Origin: Eubacteriales bacterium
GTDB lineage: Bacteria; Bacillota; Clostridia; Oscillospirales; CAG-272
Direction of reading: 5' to 3'
NCBI GenBank assembly: GCA_045602205.1
Contig: JAZSBF010000084.1
Span: 1-46,342 of the forward strand
Length of the DNA: 46,342 bases
The notes beneath the pieces are model-generated. The model saw nothing but the letters and a program-made list of their open reading frames with translations. It had not been told where the DNA came from and searched no databases. How positions within the stretch are numbered: the stretch's first letter is position 1; every line of letters begins with the position of its first letter. The position numbers and the translations under genes are program-made. Below, piece by piece: positions 9,837-16,743 of the stretch.

Positions 9837-10778
9837 TCAAAGCTCAATGCTCTTGATTACGTTCTTGAGGCTCTCTGCGCTTGCGTGAAGGTCGGCAAGC
9901 TCCTTCTCGTTAAGACGAAGGAATACTTTTCCGTGAGCGCCCTTTGTTCCTACTACATTGAGAAGACTGAGACACACATCGTCTATGCCATACTCTCCGT
10001 GAAGCATCGTGGAAACCGTAAGTGTCGTATCCATAGAGCCAAGCAAGCACTTGCAGAGGTGGCAAACAGACATCGATACGGCGTAGAAGGTAGCGCCCTT
10101 ACGCTGAATAACTCTCGCGCCCGACTTGCGAACATACTCCTCAACGTCACTCTTGTCGAGTTCGGGATATACACCCTGATTGGAGATAGAATCTCTGAAA
10201 TCCTGAACAGGAACGTTGGAGATATTTGCTACCGACCACGGAACGAATGCCGAATCTCCGTGCTCGCCGAGAACGTACGCGTGCACGTTATGCTGGCTTA
10301 CCGAATAATATTCAGAAAGTCTGGAACGGAGACGAGCTGTGTCAAGTATAGTTCCCGAACCGATTATTCTCTCCTCGGGAATATCTGTATATTTACAGAA
10401 TGCATAAGTAAGAATATCAACAGGGTTACTTACGATAACGTATGTAGCATCTGGGGCATACTTTGTTATCTGAGAAGCGACCGACTTGAGAATATTTACA
10501 TTTGTCTGAGCAAGATCAAGTCTTGACTGACCCGCTTTTCTTGCAACTCCCGAGGTGATAACTACGATGTTTGATCCAACCGCATCAGAGTAATTTCCCG
10601 CATAGATATTGCAAGGGTTGCAGAAGGGAGTTCCCTGTCTGATATCGAGTGCCTCGCCTATTGCCTTTTCGCCGTTAATGTCGATCATAACGATCTCGGA
10701 AGCAATTCCCGATGTAGTGAGCGTGTACGCTATGGTAGAACCTACGCTACCCGTTCCGATTACTGTGATTTTGTTCAT
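9837..10778 (-). CDS. mdh: LDH-like malate dehydrogenase
   Basis: LDH/MDH fold (GTGSVG, VSNPVD, LDTARL, GEHGDS). The substrate loop GVARKAGQSRLDL has Arg at the specificity position (Gln in LDH), and the gene is co-operonic with fumC. Confidence 0.8.
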   Translation of the reverse strand: MNKITVIGTGSVGSTIAYTLTTSGIASEIVMIDINGEKAIGEALDIRQGTPFCNPCNIYAGNYSDAVGSNIVVITSGVARKAGQSRLDLAQTNVNILKSVASQITKYAPDATYVIVSNPVDILTYAFCKYTDIPEERIIGSGTILDTARLRSRLSEYYSVSQHNVHAYVLGEHGDSAFVPWSVANISNVPVQDFRDSISNQGVYPELDKSDVEEYVRKSGARVIQRKGATFYAVSMSVCHLCKCLLGSMDTTLTVSTMLHGEYGIDDVCLSLLNVVGTKGAHGKVFLRLNEKELADLHASAESLKNVIKSIEL

Positions 10779-10870
10779 AAATTTCCCTCTTTGATTTCCT
10801 TATTTTTGAGCATATTTTAGGGCCATTATTTTTCGTTTAAAAGAGGTATAGCCCACTCCACCCCATTATA

Positions 10871-10933
10871 TCGTTATTATTTTAACACATACAACAAACT
10901 TTGTCAACAGCTATATTGGCAAAAGCTTAACAA
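10871..10933. promoter_or_regulatory. Two putative Rex (NADH/NAD+ sensor) operators
   Basis: TTGGCAA-AAGC-TTAACAA (10916-10933, 2 mismatches) and TCGTTAT-TATT-TTAACAC (10871-10888, 3 mismatches, over the -10), compared with the clostridial consensus TTGTTAA-N4-TTAACAA. Confidence 0.55.
10879..10907 (-). promoter_or_regulatory. Sigma-A promoter of the mdh-fumC-hdr-flx-frd operon
   Basis: TTGACA (10907-10902), 17 bp spacer, TAAAAT (10884-10879) with extended TG. A second TATAAT at 10870-10865 has TTGTAT 18 bp upstream. Confidence 0.7.
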
Positions 10934-10983
10934 TTTTTACTTACATTTACATTTAATATAAGGCAACTATTCCAAAAAACGTC

Positions 10984-11020
10984 AAAAAACAGCCGATTCG
11001 TCACCGAACAGGCTGTTTTC
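10984..11020 (-). terminator. Intrinsic terminator after thrS
   Basis: AAAACAGCC...GGCTGTTTT inverted repeat with a U-tract on the minus strand. Confidence 0.8.
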
Positions 11021-11034
11021 TTCAATAATTAATT

Positions 11035-12972
11035 TTATCTTACCTTATCCTTGATCTGCTGTTCTGCGAAAGCGATAAAGTCGGACGCGGACATAACTCC
11101 CATATCTCCGTCCTTGCGAGAACGTACCGAAACAGTTCCCTCGTTCATTTCCTTTTCGCCTATAACTATCATACAAGGTATCTTTTCAAGCTGTGCTGCG
11201 CGTATCTTGTATCCTATCTTCTCGTTTCTCTCGTCAACAGTCACTCTCATTCCCTTTGCGATACACTCGTCCGCAAGCTTGTGAGCATACTCAGCCTGCT
11301 CGTCTCCGATAGGCATAAATCTTATCTGCTCGGGCGCCATCCACATCGGCAAAGCCCCCGCGTATTTTTCAAGCAAGAGCGCGAGCGTACGCTCGTAACA
11401 GCCGAGAGAGGTACGGTGAATGATATAAGGAGTTACGCGGTTATCATTGGAATCGGTATATTCCATACCGAACTTCTTCGCAAGAAGCATATCTATCTGA
11501 ATAGTAACTATCGTGTCCTCTTTTCCGAATACGTTCTTGCACTGAATGTCGAGCTTAGGTCCGTAGAACGCCGCCTCGTCTATACCTATGGCATAATTGC
11601 CCTTACCAAGATAATTGTCGAGAAGCTCGCCCATAATACCCTGAGCCTCATCCCACTGTTCGGGAGTACCCTCGTATTTATCTGTTCTCTTAGGATCCCA
11701 CTGTGAAAATCTGAAGGAGCAATCCTCCCAAAGTCCGACGGTCTCAAGACAGTTCTTTGCAAGCTCGAGACAGCCCTTGAATTCCTCTGCAAGCTGGTCG
11801 GGACGAAGAACGAGATGTCCCTCGGAAATAGTAAACTGACGGACTCTGATAAGGCCGTGCATTTCTCCGCTGTCTTCGTTACGGAAGAGAGTGGAGGTCT
11901 CGCCGAGTCTCATTGGAAGATCTCTGTACGAGCGCTTCTTGTTGAGAAAGACCTGATACTGGAAAGGGCAGGTCATGGGGCGGAGCGCAAAGCACTCCTT
12001 CGTATAGTCGTCGGGATCGCCCATCACGAACATACCGTCAAGATAATGATCCCAGTGTCCCGATATCTTATAGAGCTCTCTCTTTGCCATAAGCGGAGTC
12101 TTTGTGAGAAGATATCCTCTCTTCTGCTCCTCGTCCTCGACCCATCTCTGAAGAGTTTGGATAACTCTTGCGCCCTTGGGAAGAAGGATAGGCAATCCCT
12201 GTCCGATAGAATCTACCGTCGTGAAATACTCAAGTTCGCGACCTATCTTGTTATGGTCGCGCTTTCTTGCCTCCTCGACAGCCTCAAGGTAAGCCTTGAG
12301 CTGATCCTTGGTCGGATACGCGATGCCGTATATTCTCTGAAGCATCTTGTTCTTCTGGTCGCCCTTCCAATAAGCTCCCGTACACTGTGTAAGCTTGAGC
12401 GCTTTGACCGCTCCCGTTGCAAAGAGGTGAGGTCCTGCGCAAAGGTCGGTGAACTCTCCCTGACGGTAAAAGCTTATTACCGCATCCTCGGGAAGCTCCT
12501 CGATAAGCTGTACCTTATAAGGCTCGTCCTTCTCTGTCATAAGAGCCATAGCCTCCTCGCGAGGAAGCTCAAAGCGCTCTATACGCAAATTCTCCTTAAC
12601 TATCTTCTTCATCTCATCCTCTATCTTCGAGAGTATCTCGGGGGTAAAGGAGACGTCGCTGTCAATATCGTAATAAAATCCGTTTTCGATAGCAGGTCCT
12701 ATGGTAAGCTTAGCTTCGGGATAAAGACGTTTTACCGCCTGAGCGAGAATATGCGACGCGGTATGGCGGAATACGTGCTTTCCACCTTCGCTCTCGAAGG
12801 TCAGAAGCTTCACTTCGCTTCCGTTCGAAGGTACAGCGGTAAGCGCGCAAAGCTCTCCGCCTATCTCAGCCGCAATAACACTGCGGTCAATAACACCGGC
12901 CTCAGCCGCAGCGTCGTAAACGCTGACTCCGTCTTTAGCCTCTACTGTCTTGTCATTAAAGATGATCTTCAT
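11035..12972 (-). CDS. thrS: Threonyl-tRNA synthetase
   Basis: FRHTASHILAQAV, DLCAGPH, RDHNKIG, LRPMTCP, HGLIRVRQFT, AAFYGPKLD, IHRTSLG. Confidence 0.97.
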   Translation of the reverse strand: MKIIFNDKTVEAKDGVSVYDAAAEAGVIDRSVIAAEIGGELCALTAVPSNGSEVKLLTFESEGGKHVFRHTASHILAQAVKRLYPEAKLTIGPAIENGFYYDIDSDVSFTPEILSKIEDEMKKIVKENLRIERFELPREEAMALMTEKDEPYKVQLIEELPEDAVISFYRQGEFTDLCAGPHLFATGAVKALKLTQCTGAYWKGDQKNKMLQRIYGIAYPTKDQLKAYLEAVEEARKRDHNKIGRELEYFTTVDSIGQGLPILLPKGARVIQTLQRWVEDEEQKRGYLLTKTPLMAKRELYKISGHWDHYLDGMFVMGDPDDYTKECFALRPMTCPFQYQVFLNKKRSYRDLPMRLGETSTLFRNEDSGEMHGLIRVRQFTISEGHLVLRPDQLAEEFKGCLELAKNCLETVGLWEDCSFRFSQWDPKRTDKYEGTPEQWDEAQGIMGELLDNYLGKGNYAIGIDEAAFYGPKLDIQCKNVFGKEDTIVTIQIDMLLAKKFGMEYTDSNDNRVTPYIIHRTSLGCYERTLALLLEKYAGALPMWMAPEQIRFMPIGDEQAEYAHKLADECIAKGMRVTVDERNEKIGYKIRAAQLEKIPCMIVIGEKEMNEGTVSVRSRKDGDMGVMSASDFIAFAEQQIKDKVR

Positions 12973-13002
12973 TTTTATAATTTCCTTTCAACATATTTTT
13001 CA

Positions 13003-13195
13003 AAAATAAAACACACCTCGAACAGCAAATAACTGTTCGGGGTGTGGATAAAATCCGCACGGTTCCACCCGAAGCTTTAACTCATTTATATCAAATTACA
13101 AACCAAAGCGGTATCTTGTGCAAACGTATATGGAAGCTCTCAGCGCCCTTCCTCTCTGTAATACCGTTTTTGCAAAGACGTATCCTTGGCGACAC
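13003..13195 (-). ncRNA. T-box riboswitch (Thr specifier) leader of thrS
   Basis: On the minus strand: AGAGA and GCTGAG stem-I motifs, specifier ACC (13112-13110), T-box GGGTGGAACCGTG (13070-13058), then terminator CACACCCCGAACAG...CTGTTCGAGGTGTG plus U-tract. Confidence 0.9.
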
Positions 13196-13624
13196 TTATT
13201 TCTTTTTGGATCTATTATACTCCGAATGAGGATTTACTATCTCTCTCCAGTCAAGATCTCCTCTTTCAAGTGCGGTGATTATGACCTCAGCTGTCGCAAT
13301 ATTGGTAGCAACCGGAACATTGTAAAGGTCGCACATTCTGAGGAGCTCGTACTCAGCGGGGTTGAATTTAGCATCGGGACGCGTGTCTCTGAAATAGAGC
13401 AATACGTCTATCTCGTTATACGCAACTCTTGAGGCTATCTGTTCTTCACCGCCCTGCTCTCCCGACATAAGTCTGTTTATATCAAGCCCTGTTGCTTCGG
13501 ATATATATTTTCCGGTAACGGCGGTAGCACAAATGTTATGCTTATTAAGTATTCCACAATACGCAATACAAAACTGTGCCATCAACTCTTTTTTTACATC
13601 GTGCGCAATTATAGCAATTTCCAT
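13196..13624 (-). CDS. mgsA: Methylglyoxal synthase family protein with altered catalytic motifs
   Basis: IAIIAHDVKK, ATAVTG, SGEQGGEEQI, FRD, CDLYNVPVATNIATAE. Confidence 0.85.
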   Translation of the reverse strand: MEIAIIAHDVKKELMAQFCIAYCGILNKHNICATAVTGKYISEATGLDINRLMSGEQGGEEQIASRVAYNEIDVLLYFRDTRPDAKFNPAEYELLRMCDLYNVPVATNIATAEVIITALERGDLDWREIVNPHSEYNRSKKK

Positions 13625-13681
13625 CTGTCTCCTCCGTCGAACAATATCGATTATGTTGTCGCAAATAAACTAATTTATGCT

Positions 13682-13711
13682 ATTATACCACTAAAAACAT
13701 TATTTTGTCAA
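13682..13711 (-). promoter_or_regulatory. Sigma-A promoter for mgsA(-T-box-thrS)
   Basis: TTGACA, 18 bp spacer, TG-n-TATAAT. Confidence 0.75.
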
Positions 13712-13835
13712 TACGATAGCGAATATTTATGTAAAATAACCAAGAATATTTTTGTTTTTCCTCTTGTTTTTTGAGTGTCAGTGTTCTATAATATTATCAG
13801 TAGGAAAAATTCAAAAAACGGAGGTATATAAAAAA

Positions 13836-15080
13836 ATGGTAAAAAGATCCATTGAGACCGTTGCGCTTACAGATCCCGAGGTAGCGGCGGTTATTCAGAG
13901 TGAGCTCGACCGTCAGAGAGACGGACTTGAGCTTATCGCTTCAGAAAATATAGTATCCGAGGCAGTGCTCTTCGCTATGGGCTCTGTTCTCACAAATAAA
14001 TATGCAGAGGGTTATCCCGCAAAGCGTTACTATGGAGGCTGTCAGTGTGTCGACGTCGTTGAAAATATAGCGATCGAGAGAGCTAAAAAGCTTTTCAACG
14101 CAGCCTATGCTAACGTTCAGCCCCACAGCGGCGCTCAGGCAAACACAGCTGTTTACTTCGCGCTTCTCAATCCCGGAGACACTGTTATGGGAATGAGCCT
14201 CGCTCACGGAGGTCACCTCACCCACGGAAGTCCCGTAAACATTTCGGGTATGTATTATAATTTTGTCCCCTACGAGTTGAACGCGGAGACAGAGCGCATT
14301 GATTACGACGAGTTTGAAAAGCTCGCTCGCGAACATAAGCCGAAGCTTATCGTAGCAGGCGCTTCCGCATATCCCCGTATCATTGATTTCGAGAGAATGG
14401 CAAATGTAGCGCACTCGGTCGGCGCATATTTTATGGTCGATATGGCGCATATCGCAGGTCTTGTTGCCGCAGGCGAGCACCCCTCTCCCATGCCCTACGC
14501 AGATGTTGTTACAACAACGACTCATAAGACGCTCAGAGGTCCTCGCGGAGGTATGATCCTCACCAACGACGAGGAACTCGCAAAGAAATTCAACAAGGCT
14601 ATTTTCCCCGGAACACAGGGCGGACCTCTTATGCACACGATCGCCGCTAAGGCCGTTTGCTTTGGCGAGGCGCTCAAGCCCGAGTTCAAGGCATATCAGC
14701 ACAATATTGTTGAGAACGCAAGAGTTCTCGCAGACTCCCTACTCGCAGAAGGATTCGATCTCGTTTCGGGCGGAACAGACAACCACCTTATGCTCGTTGA
14801 CCTCAGACCTATGAAGATCACAGGCAAGGAGTTTGAGGCAAGACTTGATGCCGTTCATATCACGGTCAATAAGAACGCTATCCCCAACGACCCCGAAAAG
14901 CCCTTCGTTACCTCGGGCGTCCGCGTAGGAACTCCCGCTGTCACCTCAAGAGGTCTCGGGACAGACGATATGAAGACCATCGCAAACCTCTTCAAGCTCA
15001 CAGCTACCGACTTTGAGAACAGCGCAGAGTCCGTAAGAGCTACCGTTGCGGAGATCTGCAAAAAATATCCGCTTTACTGA
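13836..15080 (+). CDS. glyA: Serine hydroxymethyltransferase
   Basis: [44 protein letters not shown]; start ATG 13836 after GGAGG; TTGTTT-17-TATAAT promoter at 13764-13792. Confidence 0.97.
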   Translation: MVKRSIETVALTDPEVAAVIQSELDRQRDGLELIASENIVSEAVLFAMGSVLTNKYAEGYPAKRYYGGCQCVDVVENIAIERAKKLFNAAYANVQPHSGAQANTAVYFALLNPGDTVMGMSLAHGGHLTHGSPVNISGMYYNFVPYELNAETERIDYDEFEKLAREHKPKLIVAGASAYPRIIDFERMANVAHSVGAYFMVDMAHIAGLVAAGEHPSPMPYADVVTTTTHKTLRGPRGGMILTNDEELAKKFNKAIFPGTQGGPLMHTIAAKAVCFGEALKPEFKAYQHNIVENARVLADSLLAEGFDLVSGGTDNHLMLVDLRPMKITGKEFEARLDAVHITVNKNAIPNDPEKPFVTSGVRVGTPAVTSRGLGTDDMKTIANLFKLTATDFENSAESVRATVAEICKKYPLY

Positions 15081-15120
15081 TATCGTCTGTAAAGAAAATC
15101 GACACACAAACAATTGCCAA

Positions 15121-15154
15121 GAGGCTGTCTCAGATTTGCATTTGAGACAGTCTC
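15121..15154. repeat. 34-bp palindromic element, copy 1 (downstream of glyA)
   Basis: GAGGCTGTCTCAGATTTGCATTTGAGACAGTCTC; 29/34 identical to the copy at 33702-33735. Confidence 0.75.
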
Positions 15155-15275
15155 AAAATAAATCTGTGAAATTTTCAATTTTTTTTGAAAAATATCTTGT
15201 CGATTTCCTTTTTTTGTGATAAAATAATACCGTTATATATTCAATTATTTTTTCCGATTTTCAGGAGGATACATT

Positions 15276-16280
15276 ATGCAGAACAACCTACGTCCCGAAT
15301 CGATGAAAAGGATCACCACAAAGGAGCTTGCAGACGCCTTTATCGAGGAGCAGATAAAAGAAGTCAGAGAACAGGTAAAGGATAAGAAGGTCTTGCTTGC
15401 GCTTTCAGGCGGAGTCGATTCTTCTGTCGTTGCCGCGCTTCTTATAAAAGCTATCGGCAAACAGCTCGTTTGCGTACACGTAAACCACGGACTTATGAGA
15501 AAGAACGAGTCCGAGAATGTGGTAGAGCTTTTCCGCAACCAGCTTGACGCTAACCTCATCTATGTTGACGCTACCGACCGTTTTCTCGATCTTCTTGCGG
15601 GAGTTTCAGACCCCGAGAAGAAGAGAAAGATCATCGGCGCAGAGTTTATAAACGTATTTGCGGACGAAGCGCGTAAGCTCGACGGCGTAGCTTTTCTCGC
15701 ACAGGGAACTATCTATCCCGATATTCTCGAGAGCATAAAGCAGGCTGAAGGCAAAAAGGCTGTTAAATCCCACCACAACGTCGGCGGGCTTCCCGAGGAC
15801 CTCAAGTTTGACGGTCTCGTTGAGCCTGTAAAGCTTCTCTTTAAGGATGAAGTAAGAGTTGTCGGCGAGGCGCTCGGTCTCCCGCACGAAATGGTTTACC
15901 GTCAGCCGTTCCCCGGTCCCGGACTTGGTGTTCGTTGCCTTGGCGCTATCACAAGAGACAGACTCCACGCGCTCAGAGAAGCTGACGCCATTCTTCGCGA
16001 GGAGTTCGACAAGAACGGTCTCGCAGGTAAGGTATGGCAGTATTTCGTGGTCGTTCCGGATGTCAAGAGCGTAGGAGTTAAGGACGACAGCCGTTATGAA
16101 GGCTGGCCCGCTATCATCCGCGCCGTAAATACCACCGACGCTATGAGTGCAACCATTGAGGAGATCCCCTATGCAGTTCTCCATAAGATAACTTACAGGA
16201 TCACCGATGAGGTAGACGGAATCAACCGTGTTCTCTACGACCTCACCCCAAAGCCAGTCGGAACAATAGAATGGGAATGA
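15276..16280 (+). CDS. guaA: GMP synthase ATP-pyrophosphatase/dimerisation subunit (no glutaminase domain)
   Basis: LSGGVDSSV PP-loop, DPEKKRKIIG, QGTIYPD, KSHHNVGGLP, RQPFPGPGLGVR, terminal KPVGTIEWE. Only 334 aa, with its own RBS (AGGAGG) and promoter (TTGTCG-17-TAAAAT, 15197-15225). Confidence 0.92.
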   Translation: MQNNLRPESMKRITTKELADAFIEEQIKEVREQVKDKKVLLALSGGVDSSVVAALLIKAIGKQLVCVHVNHGLMRKNESENVVELFRNQLDANLIYVDATDRFLDLLAGVSDPEKKRKIIGAEFINVFADEARKLDGVAFLAQGTIYPDILESIKQAEGKKAVKSHHNVGGLPEDLKFDGLVEPVKLLFKDEVRVVGEALGLPHEMVYRQPFPGPGLGVRCLGAITRDRLHALREADAILREEFDKNGLAGKVWQYFVVVPDVKSVGVKDDSRYEGWPAIIRAVNTTDAMSATIEEIPYAVLHKITYRITDEVDGINRVLYDLTPKPVGTIEWE

Positions 16281-16353
16281 TATCTATTGTCCAAGTCCAA
16301 TCTCGTTCAGCTTAAAAAGCCAAAATCGAGTATTCTCATATGAGTAAGAAAAT

Positions 16354-16390
16354 AGCCTTGTAAAAGCAATTTTACAGGGCTTTTTCTTTT
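16354..16390 (+). terminator. Intrinsic terminator after guaA
   Basis: AGCCTTGTAAA/TTTACAGGGCT stem followed by a T-run. Confidence 0.75.
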
Positions 16391-16481
16391 GAACGAGCAG
16401 TGGTAAACGTTTTTTGTTTATTACCGACTTTATAAAATAGTAAAAATTTACAATATCACTTGTTGAAAATTTTTATAAATA

Positions 16482-16510
16482 TTGATTTTTGTTTGCTTCT
16501 GTGTTATAAT
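16482..16510 (+). promoter_or_regulatory. Sigma-A promoter for the LRR lipoprotein gene
   Basis: TTGATT, 17 bp spacer, TG-n-TATAAT. Confidence 0.6.
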
Positions 16511-16743
16511 AAATGCCAAACTAGTTGAATAAATTTTTAAGTGTGTTTTGCCAATGGGGTATTTATACTTTTTTCGGCGTACACCTGTATAATAGGATTT
16601 TGTTGATAAAAACGCAAATTCCATCTATGCAAGTGTAAACACACTTTATATTAGACTGGTTTGGCGACTATCGAAGTTTGCGTTTTTCGGAACGTCAACT
16701 GCGGTATATAAAATAAACAAATAATAATGGAGGAACGACAAAA

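Noticed and set aside
15155-15275. Purine riboswitch upstream of guaA
   Set aside because: The leader is too short (~45 nt after the -10) and has no aptamer consensus.
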